DNA from: Macrostomum lignano
Taxonomy: Eukaryota
Reading direction: 5' to 3'
NCBI GenBank assembly: GCA_002269645.1
Contig: NIVC01002438.1
Span: forward strand, 62,001-126,000
DNA length: 64,000 nucleotides
The notes beneath the pieces are model-generated. The model was not told the DNA's origin and ran no database searches. It saw only the letters and a list, made by a program, of their open reading frames with translations. Below are positions 24,301-39,300 of the stretch, piece by piece (position 1 is the first letter of the stretch; each line of letters starts with the position of its first letter). The position numbers and the translations under genes are program-made.

Positions 24301-27300
24301 AATGGGATTTCAATAGTCCAGTGATTCCCAAATGAGATTCCAATAGCCCAGTGATTCCCAAATGGGATTTCAATAGGCTAACGATACCAAAATGGGACTT
24401 CTATAGCCCAGTGATCCCCAAATAGAATCTTAATAGCCAGGTCTCAATGAACACATCCAGTAGATCCCAGAGTCCTCCATGACCATATCCCAGAATCCGC
24501 AATGACCAGATCCCAGAATCCTCAATGACCAGATTCCAGAATCCCCAATGACCAGATCCCAGAATCCTCAATGACCAGATCCCAGAATCCTCAATGACCA
24601 GATCCAGAATCCTCAATGACCAGATCCCAGAATCCTCAATGACCAGATCCCAGAATCCTCAATTACCAGATCCCAGAATCCTCAATGACCAGATCCCAGA
24701 ATCCTCAATGACCAGATCCCAGAATCCTCAATTACCAGATCCCAGAATCCTCAATGACCAGATCCCAGAATCCTCAATGACCAGATCCCAGAATCCTCAA
24801 TGACCAGATCCCAGAATCCTCAATGACCAGATCCCAGAATCCTCAATGACCAGATCCCAGAATCCTTAATGACCAGATCCCAGAATCCTCAATGACCAGA
24901 TCCCAGAATCCTCAATGACCAGATTCCAGAATCATCAATGACCAGATCCCAGAATCCTCCATAACCAAATCCCAGAATCCTCAATGACCAGATCCCAGAA
25001 TCCTCAATGACGATATCCCAGAATCCTCAATGACCAGATCCCAGAATCCTCAATGACCAGATCCCAGAATCCTCAATGACCAGATCCAGAATCCTCAATG
25101 ACCAGATCCCAGAATCCTCAATGACCAGATTCCAGAATCCTCAATGACCAGATCCCAGATTCTCAATAAAGTTCTCACCTGCGAAGTGGTCATACACAGC
25201 ACCAGGTGGAATAGCATCTGCCGATGATCAGTCAGCGCTTCGCTAGACCAATCAATCTCGCTGACAATGCCTGCCAGAAACTGCTGAGACGCGGACACAG
25301 CGGTGCGATAGAAATCCGCAATCACCTGCATAGCTGGCAATCCGGGTAGCAACTGACGCCAATCGGCCTTAGCCAGCGAGCTGTGAAAAGCAGCCAACAC
25401 GTAAGCAGGCAATCGGAATTGAGGAGCAGCCAGTCGCTGACAGTAGTATAGAAGGAGTTGCTCGTGAATTGGCGCTCTAGCGGCGCTGGTTCCGCTAGGC
25501 TGTTCGACGCAATTCGATCCCAAAGTGTGCTGGAACTCGCGGTCGAGCTGGCAGACAATCTCAACCAGGCAGTCGAGAACTCGGCCGGCCATTTCACTGT
25601 GGCCGGGGTTGAACGGGGCGCCAACGGATTGGGATTGGGAATGGGTCGACTCGAGCGGCTCGAGGAAGGGCGCGAACACGGGCCGGACGGCCTCCCAGAG
25701 GGTGTCGGCTCCGGCGGCTGGGTTGAGATGGCGCCTGGAGACTGAGCGGCACACCTTGTAGCCGAGGCACCTGCGGGTGAGTAGTTTTAAAATAAAGGAG
25801 TCTCAACCTGAGATTAAGGAGTCTCAACCTGAGATTATGAAGTCTTAACCTGAGATTATGGAGTCTCAACCCGAGATTATGGAGTCTCACCCTTACATTA
25901 TGGAGTCTCAGCCTGAGATTATGGAGTCTCATCCTGATATTATGAAGTCTCAACCTGACATGATGGAGTCTCAACCTGAGATAATGGAGTCACACCATGA
26001 GATTATGGAGTCTCAATCTGAGATTATGGAGTCTCAACCTGAGGTTATGGAGTCTCAACCTGAGATTATCGAGTCTCACCCTCACATGAAGGAGTCTCAC
26101 CCTCAAATTATGGAGTCTTCCCCTTGCATTATGGAGTCTCAACCTGAGATTATGGAGTCTTACCATGAGATTAGGGTGGCTTACCATGAGATTATGGAGT
26201 CCCAACCTGAGATTACGGAGTCCCAACCTGAGATTATGGAGTCTCATCCTGAGATAAGGGAGTGCTACACCGAGATTAAGGAGACTCACTTTGACATTAG
26301 AGAACCCAATATACTAAAAATCAAACCCAACAGATTAATGTAATATGACTTTCAGATTTACAGAATCTATTATCCCATTCAGCTGACCCCTGAGCATGCC
26401 CAGGTGATACCGATAAGCCAAAACGGTCACAGAGCAGAACACACCCACCTGACTAGGCTAGCCACCAGAGACATCACGTGCTCCAGGTACACATTCCACT
26501 GGCTGTACAGCTCCAATCTGGCAGTCCGCTCTCGCTGCAGCAGAGCCGCCAGCCATCGAAGTACATCGGCAATCTGATCGATTGACATTGACAGCTCCCT
26601 GTCATCGGCTGTGTCAGCTGCCACACAGTTGCACAGCAGGCGCCAAGCTACGGGAGGGATTTTACCGGTGCAAGAGGCGGCAAAGATGCGCTGCAGGCCC
26701 GGATGAAAGTGCAGAGGGAACTCGAATTGCAGCACGGCTGATAGGTGAACTTGGTAGAGATCGAAGATGAGGCAGAGGCTGGGCGCCGGGCTGGGGCCGC
26801 AGGTGCACAGGCCGGAGCAGATGGCACCGATCAAGTTGTTGCGCTCCTGAGCTCCGGGTCGGGTTTTCAGCCATTCGCTGACGTCGAACTGCGGGAGTAA
26901 GGTTGCAGCCGGTAGGCGTAATTACTGGCTCCACCCAGTCTACATCCGCTCTCTACCCAGTCTACATCCGCTCTCTACCCAGTCTACATCCGCTCTCTAC
27001 CCAGTCTACATCCGCTCTCTACCCAGTCTACATCCGCTCTCTACCCAGTCTACATCCGCTCTCTAACCAGTCTACATCCGCTCTCTACCCAGTCTACATC
27101 CGCTCTCTACCCAGTCTACATCCGCTCTCTAACCAGTCTACAATACATCCGCTCTCTAACCAGTCTACATCCGCTCTCTAACCAGTCTACATCCGCTCTC
27201 TACTTAATCTACATCCACTCTCTACCCAGGCTACATCCGCTCTCTACCCAAATCTAAATCCGCTCTCTACCCAAATCTACATCCGCTCTCTACCCAAATC

Positions 27301-30300
27301 TACATCCGCTCTCTACCCAAATCTACATTCGCTCTCTAACTAGTATACATCCGCTCTCTACCCAAATCTAAATCCGCTCTCTATCCAAATCTAAATCCGC
27401 TCTCTACCCAAATCTACATCCGCTCTCTACCCAAATCTACATCCGCTCTCTACCCAAATCTACATTCGCTCTCTAACTAGTATACATCCGCTCTCTACCC
27501 AAATCTACATCCGCTCTCTACACAAATCTACATCCGCTCTCTACCCAAATCTAAATCCGCTCTCTACCCAGGCTACATCCGCTCTCTACCCAGGCCACAT
27601 CCGCTCTCTACTCAATCCACACCCTCTCTCTATTCAATCTACATCCGCTCTCTAACTAGTATACATCCGCTCTCTACCCAAATCTACATCCGCTCTCTAC
27701 ACAAATCTACACCCGCTCTCTACCCAAATCTACATCCGCTCTCTACACAAATCTACATCCGCTCTCTACCCAAATCTACATCCGCTCTCTACCCAAATCT
27801 ACATCCGCTCTCTACCCAAATCTACATCCGCTCTCTACACAAATCTACATCCGCTCTCTACCCAAATCTAAATCCGCTCTCTACCCAGGCTACATCCGCT
27901 CTCTACCCAGGCAACATCCGCTCTCTACTCAATCCACACCCACTCTCTATTCAATCTACATCCGCTCTCTAACTAGTATACATCCGCTCTCTACCCAAAT
28001 CTACATCCGCTCTTTACACAGATCTACATCCGCTATCTACCTAGTCTAAATCCGCTCACTACCCAAATCTACATCCGCTCTCTACCCAAATCTACATCCG
28101 CTCTCTACCCATCTCAATTCGAACCCAAATTGAATCAATTCAGCATTCCCAATCTCACCTTACTAAGCAAAGCGAACAGCACTTCAATGCCATAGTCCTT
28201 GAGCACAGGCACAATTCTGGTGTACATCTGTACAAACAGATCGCCGCTAGATAGCGGATCAAAGTTCGGAGCCAACAACTCAACTAAAGTAGGCGTCTGG
28301 AGCACGGCTTCGAGCAGAGGCTGAGCCTGACCGGGCCATCGTCGGATGAACGTCTGGCCGAGGCACTCGATGAGGCCGGTGAGAAGCTGGCGGGTGGGCG
28401 GATAGAACTTGGTGAGCTCGGACACCAGGCCGGTCAGGTGGTAGAACAGCGCCACCCCAGTCTCGGCTTGAGCTTCTCCCAGGCTGGCCACAACCCAGTC
28501 CAGATAGACCGACGCCGCTACCAGCTTCTGCGACGGCGGCAGCAGAGCTTCGATGCATAGCTGGCGGGCCTGGGTTCGATTCTCCTCCAATAGTTGCGAC
28601 AGGCCAGGCTGCGGCGCCGCCTCTTGGTAGCGGAGGAACAGTCGGGCCGGACCGCTGCAGCGCTTGATGGGCGAGGTGACGGCTGCGGGAGAGTGCAGGG
28701 GAATTTTGGGGATAATTATCCCATTGATGACTAATCCTAGTAAATGGGACAATTGTGTAGAAACACTATCGAATGGGAGATATGGGATCAGCTGGGATCT
28801 ATGGGAGAGATGGGATCGATTGGGATCTGAGGGAGACATGGGATTAAGGTCTTTGGCAGAGATGGGATCAAGATATAGGGGAGAGATGGGATCAAGGTAT
28901 ATGGGGAAGATGGGATCAAGATCTAAGGGAGAGATGGGATCAAGGTATATGGCAGAGATGGGATCAAGGTATATGGGGAAGATGAGATCAAGATCTAAGG
29001 GAGAGATGGGATCAAGGTATATGGCAGAGATGGGATCAAGATCTAAGGGAGAGATGGGATCAAGGTATATGGGGAAGATGGGATCAAGGTATATGGGGAA
29101 GATGGGATCAAGATCTAAGGGAGAGATGGGATCAAGGTATATGGGGAAGATGCGATCAAGATCTAAGGGAGAGATGGGATCAATTAGGATCTGTGGGAGA
29201 GATGGGACCAATTGGGATCTGTGTGAGAGATGGGACCAATTAGGATCTGTGGGAGAGATGGGACCAATTGGGATCTGTGGGAGAGATGAGATAAATTGGG
29301 ATCTGTGGGAGAGATAGGACCAATTGGGATCTGTGGGAGAGATGAGATAAATTGGGATCTGTGGGAAAGATGGGATCAATTGGAATCTAAGGGAGAGATG
29401 GGATTAATTGATCTATGGGAGAGATGGAATCAATTGGGATTTTTGAGAGAGACGGAATCAATTGGGATCTGATGGGATCGAATGGGATCTGATGGGATCG
29501 ATTGGGATCTGATGAGATCGAATGGGATCTGATGGGATCGATTGGGATCTGATGGGATCAATTGGTATCTGATGGGATCAAATGGGATCAAATGGGATCT
29601 AATGGGATCAATTGGGATCTGATGGGATTAAATGAGATCTGATGGGATCAATTGGGATCTGATGGATTAAATGGGATCTGATGGGATCAATTGGGATCTG
29701 ATGGGATTAATGAGATCTGATGGGATCAATTGGGATCTGATGGGATTAAATGGGATCTGATGGGATCAATTGAGATCTGATGGGATTAAATGAGATCTGA
29801 TGGGATCAATTGGGATCTGATGGGATTAAATGGGATCTGATGGGATCAATTGAGATCTGATGGGATTAAATGAGATCTGATGGGATCAATTGGGATCTGA
29901 TGGGATTAAATGAGATCTGATGGGATCAATTGGGATCTGATGGGATTAAATGAGATCTGATGGGATCAATTGGGATCTGATGGGATTAAATGAGATCTGA
30001 TGGGATCAATTGGGATCTGATGGGATTAAATGAGATCTGATGGGATCAATTGGGAGAAATGTTATAGATGGGATAAATTATAGATGGGATCTATAATTTA
30101 TGGGAGAAATGTAAGAATCGCACAGGAACTCACACAGCTGCAGAGCTGGTCCGCAGGCCACATTAAAAGTCTGCTCCTTGGCCACTAGGCAGTACAGGTG
30201 CGGCAGATTCTCCGTATAGTTGAGATCCAAATTCAGCAGTTTGGTAGATCGGTCATTGAAATCTCTGGCCCCCAGAGTCAGACAGGCCAGCCGCTCTTCA

Positions 30301-33300
30301 AGGTAGTGAAGCAGACGAACCTTGTCGCCAAGGATGCTGGCGTCTGCGTTTGTTTTGGATTGGGTAAACAGCGAGAGTAACTATAGCTGCTAATTAGTTC
30401 CTCGTCATATAATTAGTCTATAAGCATCCCAGAGTCCCAGAGCATTGCCCAATAATCGTTGCAGGTAACACAAGTACGGTAAAATAGGAAACAAGTTGAC
30501 TCTAGACGACACTAAACCGAAATGCCCTGCCAGCTAATTAGCTTACGCTCGTAGATTAACAATCAGCCATGATTGGGTAAACGATTGTTGGGGTAGCTAT
30601 AACTTCATATGCATACTTAAATGCCTCGCCATCAAATCAGCTTAGATTAATATTCAAATTTGGGTAAACGGCCAGAGTAGCTATCACTTCATATGCATAC
30701 TCAAACGCCTCGCCAGCTTATTAGCTTACGTTTACATTTAAGTTTGGGTAAACGGCCGGAGTAGCTATGTCTCCAATTGCATACTTAAATGCTTCGTCAT
30801 CTACTTACTAGGCAGTGTCATCAAGGAAGCATCCTGCCACAACTGCTGCTGCTGTTGGGAGCCAGCGGCAGCCAGCGCTGACGGCGGTGCAACCGGTTTA
30901 AACCGGTTAGCCAACTCGTCTAGCCTAGCAGCAATCCTATCAGCCGGCTCGTCGTTGCTCCCGCCGCCGCCGCCTCTGGGCGGGCGACGAACCCGATCCT
31001 GCAGACGGCGCATTCCGGCATCGCCGACATCGGCCCGACGAAGCCAGGAGTGGGCCAGCGACTCCAGCTGGGTGCGCAGTTCATCGATTGGCAGCAGCTC
31101 AAGCCATGGCTCGGCTTGGCCTAGCAACAAGGTGCACAGCCGCTGAGACAGGTACTGCGGCGGCAAAGCGGCAAGGATCAGAGATTCGCTGTGCAGTCGC
31201 GGCTCGTCAATCCACAGGGCGAAGGCTTCAAGATGATTGGCTAGCAGAGGCTGCTGACCGGCGGCAACCAGCTGCCTGCCGATGTCTCTGAGCCGGCCGC
31301 GGATGAACTTGATCTGGCTGGTGAGGTTGGCGGCTACGAACAGGCGCTCGCCTTGGCTGCCCGCGTGCTGATGCGCCCGAGCGAAATAGCGCAAGAAGAA
31401 CTGCTCGCAGGCTAAGGCCAGCACGGCGCAGGTGGCGGCCGAAGGCTGCTCTTGCTGCTCCGGCGCAGAAGCAGAAGCCTGTTGCTCTCGGAGCAAGTCT
31501 TGTAGAAAATCTGCCCATCTAAATATAGCCAACTGATTGAATTCTAATTTGTTGCTGCTGCTTCCAGAAGAGGAGCTACTAGCGGCAATTCTTGATCGAG
31601 CTTTCTGAAAAGCAGTTTGAGGACTAACTGATGAAGCCGAGGACTGGTGATGCTGAGTCTCGGCTAGTCGGCTAATCAGAGCTGTCCAGATGCCAGAATC
31701 GTCTTCTTCTCTAGTTTCTACTAGAAGCAGACCGAAGCGAAGCCAGGGCACCAGCTGTCTGTCCGCCTCCGCTTTCACGCCGTCCAGCAAGAACGACCGG
31801 CCGCCCGAGAACAATCCGGCCACGGATTTGAGAAAACCGCCGCCGCCGCCGCCGCCACTTCCGCCTCCGCTTCCGGTTCCGTTGTTGAATGCTTGGCAAG
31901 CCGAGCGGATACAACTAAGCATCGTGTCGAAGCCTTGCTGCTGCTGCTGCTGCTGCGGTTGCTGGCTGCAATCGCGTCCAGTACCACTGCCTGACAGCAC
32001 AGGCGGTCGATCAGGTACAGCACACCGCGGTTCTGCAGACACGCTGGGGCCTGTGGGGTCGAGTGAGTGGCGATTCTCAGGGTTGCTGAGGGGCGATTCT
32101 CAGGGTTGCTGAGGGGCGATTCTTAGGGTTGTTGAGAGGCGATTCTTAGGGTTGTTGAGGGGCGATTCTTAGGGTTGTTGAGAGGCGATTCTAAGGGTTG
32201 TTGAGGGGCGATTCTCAGGGTTGTTGAGGGGCGATTCTTATGGTTGTTGAGGGGCGATTCTCAGGGTAGCTGAGGGGCGATTCTCAGGGTTGCTGAAGGG
32301 CGATTCTCAGGGTTACTGAGGGGCGATTCTCAGGGTTGCTGAGGGGCGTTTCTTAGGGTTGTTGAGGGGCGATTCTCAGGGTTGCTGAGGGGCGATTCTC
32401 AGGGTTGCTGAGGGGCGATTCTCTGGGTTGCTGAGGGGCGATTCTCAGGGTGGCTGAGGGGCGATTCTCAGGGTTGCTGAAGGGCGATTCTCAGGGTTGC
32501 TGAGGGGCGATTCTCTGGATTGCTGAGGGGCGATTCTCAGGGTTGCTGAAGGGCGATTCTCAGGGTTGTTGAGGGCGATTTTCAGGGTTGTTGAGGGGCG
32601 ATTCTCAGGGTTGTTGAGGGGCGATTCTCAGGGTTGCTGAAGGGCGATTCTCAGGGTTGCTGAGGGGCGATTCTCAGGGTTGCTGAGCGGCGATTTTCAG
32701 GGTTGTTGAGGGGCGATTCTCAGGGTTTCTGAAGGGCGATTCTCAGGGTTACTGAGGGGCGATTCTCAGTGTTGCTGAAGGGCGATTCTCAGGGTTGCTG
32801 AAGGGCGATTCTCAGGGTTGCTGAGGGGCGATTCTCAGGGTTGCTGAAGGGCGATTCTCAGGGTTGCTGAAGGGCGATTCTCAGGGTTACTGAGGGGCGA
32901 TTCTCAGTGTTGCTGAAGGGCGATTCTCAGGGTTGCTGAAGGGCGATTCTCAGGGTTACTGAGGGGCGATTCTCAGGGTTGCTGAGGGGCGATTCTCAGG
33001 GTTGCTGAAGGGCGATTCTCAGGGTTGCTGAAGGGCAATTCTCAGGGTTGCTGAGGGGCGATTCTCAAGGCTGTTGAAGGGCAATTCTCAGTGTTGTTGA
33101 GGGGCGATTCTCAGGGCTGTTGAAGGGCGATTTTCAGGGCTGTTGAGGGGCGATTCTCAGGGCTGTTGAGGGGCGATTCTCAGGGCTGTTTAAGGGCGAT
33201 TCTCAGGGTTGTTGAGGGGCGATTCTCAGGGCTGTTTAAGGGCGATTCTCAGGGTTGTTGAGGGGCGATTCTCAGGGCTGTTGAGGAGCGAATCTCAGGG

Positions 33301-36300
33301 TTGTTGAGGGCCAATTCTCAGGGCTGTTAAGGGTCGATTCTCAGGGCTGTTGAGGGGCGATTCTCAGGGCTATTGAGGGGCGATTCTTAGTGTTTTTCAA
33401 GGGCGATTCTCAGGGCTGTTGAGGAGCGATTCTCAGGGTTGTTGAGGGGCGATTCTCAGGGCTGTTGAAGGGCGATTCCCATGGCAGTTGAGGGCCGATT
33501 CTCAGGGTTGTTTCGGGGGAATTATTAGGGTTATTGAGAGGCGATTCTGAGGTTCTCAGGTAGGATATTCTCGGACAAAACAATACAGGTAGAGATGAAT
33601 GATGCCTCACCTGCAGCAGCAGACTTCTCAGCCAAGGCTCAATGCCAGCCGGAGAGCCCAGCAAAGCGGAACCAATCAAGCGGAGATTCGGGCCGGGAAA
33701 GGTGCGCTGCCCGCCGGGTACCCGGTGCTGGTTCCACCAGGCATCATCGCACATGGCTAGGGTGGCCAGAGCAGAGTGAGCAGTGGGGTTTGAGTAGAGT
33801 GTGGCCGGCTCAGTAGGAGTGAGCATAGCAGCTGCCTGGCCGAGAAACTCCAGAGCTAATCGGGTCTGCTTCAATCGGCACAGGCTGGTCAGGTGGGTCA
33901 GGCCGGTTGACAGGAGCTCGCCTGCAGTGATTGAAGATCAAATTATTCAGCTTTGGAATTTAAGTTTAAATATTAATATTTCATACAGTTTATGCGCTTC
34001 ATAAAATAAAGCTAAGAAACTTTAAATGTACGAAACTGAAAGGTTAGATCCTGAAGCTCAGAATAACATGCTGAAGCTCAGGAAAAGATCCTGAAGCTCA
34101 GGGAAAAGATCCTGAAGCTCAGGAAAAGATCCTGAAGCTCAGGGAAAAGATCCTGAAGCTCAGGGAAAAGATCCTGAAGCTCAGGGAAAAGATCCTGAAG
34201 CTCAGGGAAAAGATCCTGAAGCTCAGGGAAAAGATCCTGAAGCTCATGAAAGATCTTGGAGCTCAAGAGACGATCGACCTGAAGCTTATACAAGGATCCT
34301 GAAGCTAATAAAAAGATCCTGAAACTTAGGAAAAGATCCTGAAGCTCCTGAAAAAGATCTTGAAGCTCAGGAAAAGATCCTGAAGCTCCTGAAAAAGATC
34401 TTGAATCTCAGGAAAAGATCCTGAAGCTCAGGAAAAGATCCTGAAGCTCCTAAAAAAGATCTTGAATCTCAGGAAAAGATCCTGAAGCTCCTGAAAAAGA
34501 TTTTGAATCTCAGGAAAAGATCCTGAAGCTCCTGAAAAGATCATGAAAAAGATCCTGAAAAGATCATGAAAAAGATCCTAAAGCTCATGAACAGACCCTG
34601 AAGCTCAGGAAAAGAATCTGAAGCTCAAAGATTCTAAATAAGAGCCTGTGAAACTAAAAAAACCTCAAAGAAAACTAGGAAACATTCTGAAGACTCAACA
34701 TAAAAGCTCACACAGGCAATTGCCTCACCAGTATTATTCCCGAGTCGAGTCATGACCAGGGCAGCATAAACAGCCACCGGTTGTCAGCTTCCAGGCCCTC
34801 TTTGAGCAGGCCGCGAAACAGTGCAGACTGCGGATCGACCCGGTCAGGCCGCAGCTCGGCAGCAGCAGCGTGAGCATTCAAAGTCGGCAGGCTGGTCAGG
34901 TGCAACCGGAGTCGGGCCATCAAATTCACGCACCAAAGATAGAATCGCTCCTCCACTGACTGAGGCGGGAAGGCGTTGATACCGCCGGAGCGGAGTTGCT
35001 GGGCAAAGGATTTATTGGAGAACAGCTGCTGACTGGCTTGAACCAGAATCAGGGCCACTTCTACATGAGTCTCGTGCGGTAGGAATAGCACTGCCGGATT
35101 CTGTATTTGGTAGTTTTTCAGGTGCAAAAAATGTTTAGTAGTAGCATGCTTGAACTCCTACTTATAGTAGCCAAAGAGTATGTACTATGTAGCGAATTTT
35201 GCAGGAAAACTAAATTAAATTAAATTGCATTGTATAAGCATTGGTGTGATTGATTTCTGTATCCTGAACGAATTGGTGGACAAGGATTCTTAGAAATCAA
35301 TAAATAAACAGATCGACAAGGATTCTTAGAAATCAATAAATAAATAGGTCGACAAGGATTCTTAGAAATCAACAAATAAATAGGTCGACAAGGATTCTTA
35401 GAAATCAACAAATAAATAGATCGACAAGGATTCTTAGAAATCAATAAATAAATAGGTCGACAAGGATTCTTAGAAATCAATAAATAAATAGGTCGACAAG
35501 GATTCTTAGAAATCAACAAATAAATAGGTCGACAAGGAATCTTAGAAATCAATAAATAAATAGGTCGACAAGGATTCTTAGGATTCTTAGAAATCAACAA
35601 ATAAATAGGTCGACAAGGAATCTTAGAAATCAATAAATAAATAGGTCGGTAAGGATTCTTAGAAATCAATAAATAAATAGGTCAACAAGGAATCTTAGAA
35701 ATCAACAAATAAATAGGTCGACAAGGAATCTTAGAAATCAATAAATAAATAGGTCGGTAAGGATTCTTAGAAATCAACAAATAAATAGGTCGACAAGGAA
35801 TCTTAGAAATCAATAAATAAATAGGTCGGTAAGGATTCTTAGAAATCAATAAATAAATAGGTCAACAAGGATTTTTAGAAATCAATAAATAAATAGATCG
35901 ACAAGGATTCTTAGAAATCAACAAATAAATAGGTTGACAAGGATTCTTAGAAATCAATAAATAAATAGATCGGTAAGGATTCTTAGAAATCAACAAATAA
36001 ATAGGTCGACAAGGAATCTTAGAAATCAATAAATAAATAGGTCGACAAGGATTCTTAGGATTCTTAGAAATCAACAAATAAATAGGTCGACAAGGAATCT
36101 TAGAAATCAATAAATAAATAGGTCGGTAAGGATTCTTAGAAATCAATAAATAAATAGGTCGGTAAGGAATCTTAGAAATCAACAAATAAATAGGTCGACA
36201 AGGAATCTTAGAAATCAATAAATAAATAGGTCGGTAAGGATTCTTAGAAATCAACAAATAAATAGGTCGACAAGGAATCTTAGAAATCAATAAATAAATA

Positions 36301-39300
36301 GGTCGGTAAGGATTCTTAGAAATCAATAAATAAATAGGTCAACAAGGATTTTTAGAAATCAATAAATAAATAGATCGACAAGGATTCTTAGAAATCAACA
36401 AATAAATAGGTTGACAAGGATTCTTAGAAATCAATAAATAAATAGATCGGTAAGGATTCTTAGAAATCAACAAATAAATAGGTTGACAAGGATTCTTAGA
36501 AATCAACAAATAAATAGGTCGACAGGGAGTCTTAGAAATCAACAAATAAATAGGTCGACAGGGATTCTTGGAAATTGATGAGTCTTTAATATAAAAAATA
36601 AACTCAATAGGACAAAAATAATGCATTAGGAAAATTCAAAGAACAAATAATAAATGAAATTCTATAAAATCACAAGCATCATTTCCTAGCAACCTACCGA
36701 AAAATGTTACTAAAGTGTACTGCATAAATATTATAGCCTGATGTTAAAAAAGCTTCCAAGAAAAAAAAACACTAAAAAGAAGCAGAACTCACATTAAAAT
36801 CCACAGACCAGTTGAACCCGTCCAGCACCAGCCTAGCGATGCAGCTCCGAAGCGACTTCAACGGATACAAGGTCAGCCAGTGCAGAAACCGAGTGAGCAG
36901 TGCCTTGTCTGGCACAAATGTTTGAAATGGCAGATCCTTGAATAGACTGAGCACGTCCTGAAATCAGTAGACATTAATTATTATGATAAATCTGGTTTTG
37001 ATGTCAAGACACACAACCAATTTTGTTTGTAGCATGCAGAAGAAGAATTCTACCCCCTGATTGTAGATTTTATCATCCTGTTTTTTCCAAGCTAATAATG
37101 ATCATTGATTACACCTGCCCCAATTTGGCCAGATGTGCAACCGACAGCTCAGCCGCAGCTATTGCGTGGCACATCTGAAGGCTGCGTACGGCTGTTCAGT
37201 CCAAGGACTGGGGGGGGGGGGTTCGCCACTCACACCCTCAATTGCCCCAGAGTTAACTGTCTTGCTCAATGACACAGATTGTTCCGAGTTAGGTCCAGAA
37301 TCGAACCCCCGACCTTTCAGTCGTGTTATTTTTACTATTTGCCATCCTTATTATTTTTACTGTTGCCATCCTGAGTTTAGATCTGATAGAAAACCAGCAC
37401 ACACGTATGCACAAGAAATTTAACTGGTTTAGAGATTTTAACAATAAATTAATATTGAAGTACGTTAATAGTACAAAAATATCATAAATATAAAAGTACA
37501 CAACCCAAAAAACCGGAGAAGCGAAACGTCGATAACTAAATTAATAAAGGATAGATATTAATTAACACAGCAAAAAACTCCATCAATATATTAAAATACT
37601 ACATTATCAAGTTAGTATTGTACTGTATAAGATTTAACGATAATTGAGTAATGATTGAATTAATTGACATGGGTTTACCTTGCTAGCATTTGGATCCGAC
37701 GTTTCCAGCACCTGACAGCAGCGATCGTAAATTAGAATAACAAAATTTTAAAATGTTGATGATCAGAAAATATTACGAATCGATAATTACAATAATTAAA
37801 TGATCAACTATTTTTCACAAGCAGCAATATCATAGACCTGTTAATGATGACAGCCACAAGAATATGACCTGTCTAATTAATCAAGAAGGCTCTGACCAGT
37901 TTGAAAATATGATGGGCTATAACTAGTTATAAAACACGGAGAACACACAGTAGGCTCTATGAACAGTTTTAGCACACATAGGGAGGGCTATGACCAGTTT
38001 TAAAACACAGTGGGCTATGACCAGTTTTAACACAGAGGGAGGGCTATGACCAGTTTTAACAGACAGAGGGCCATGACAACTTTAAAACACAGAGACCTAT
38101 TAGCCTATAACCATTGTTAAAAGAGAAGTCTATGAACAAATTGAGTCATCCAACCTCACAGGACAAAATTTAAAACTACAATTTTTTCAGGTGTAAAATA
38201 TGACAAACACAGAAGAATACAATGAGCAGAATCTAGCATGAGCAGTTATACTCACCCCAAAGACCATATCGAGTTTAGCCCGATCCACATAATCCAGCAT
38301 CTCCCTGAGCACTAGCGGGTGCCTCAATCCTATAGAAGTGAGCAGTTCGCATCCAACTTTACCGCACAGATCTCTGGTGTGCTCACGAACGAATGCCAGA
38401 TTAAATATCTCATCCGTGATGCTGAGCAGAAGTTTTCTCTGGTCCGGCACTGAAGCGTCACACTGACAAGCTACATTGCTCAAACTAGTGAGCAGATAGA
38501 TAGCCTCAGACGGTGACAAAGCTGTCAATCTGGACTCCAATTCAATCAGACCGCAGTCCTGCAACAGGGTATTGATCAGACTCAATTTGCACTGACCAGA
38601 CAGACAGTCCAGAGGCAACTCGGTGAGATATTGCCAGCTGCCGTGCCTCCCAGCGCTGAGCAGTGCTCTAACACAGCGTAGGAACACCCGTTCCATTGTG
38701 GCCGACATGGTAGCCCACTGCTGTGGTTGGTAATTCTGAGTTGACTCCGCTAGAAATCTGTCAGACAGCAGAACCAGAGCCTGGCGTATCACGTGACCCA
38801 GCCAGCGACTGACTAATCGATATCTAGCTGCCTGTTTCAACGAATCGAATCCCAACTCGGCAATGGATACGAAACTGTTGACAAATGCTAGTAGCTTAGG
38901 CAACGGCACTTGGGGAGAATTATCCTCTGCAAGAGCGAATAGGGATCTGAGCAGGGAGTGCAGCGGCAGCTGAGACAGCAACGCTAGCAGGTCGGTATCT
39001 CGCAGCTCCGTCAGGGCGTCCCTCTGGTTGTCGTAGGCTTCGCCTTCTTCGTCAACGAAAATCCATCTGGTAGAGTCGTCCTGTTGCTGCTGCTGCTGCT
39101 GATGTTGCGGCTGCTCTCCCGCTGGGAGGCTGTCCAGGGCCTCGAATGGGGCCATGAACCTGGGGGCGATGGGGAGGAGTGGTGGAGTCAGGACGAATCT
39201 CCCCGCTTTCTTATAAGTTGGAACGAATCTCACCCCTAAATGAGAACGATTCTCATCCTAAACTAAAAACAAACCTCACCCCTAAATAAAAAGAATCTCA

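Noticed and set aside
25858-26343. MESQPEI-repeat ORF, and similar repeat ORFs at 13079, 28664, 35220-36626, 42628 and 45057-45967
   Set aside because: They are stop-free readings of intronic or intergenic tandem arrays.
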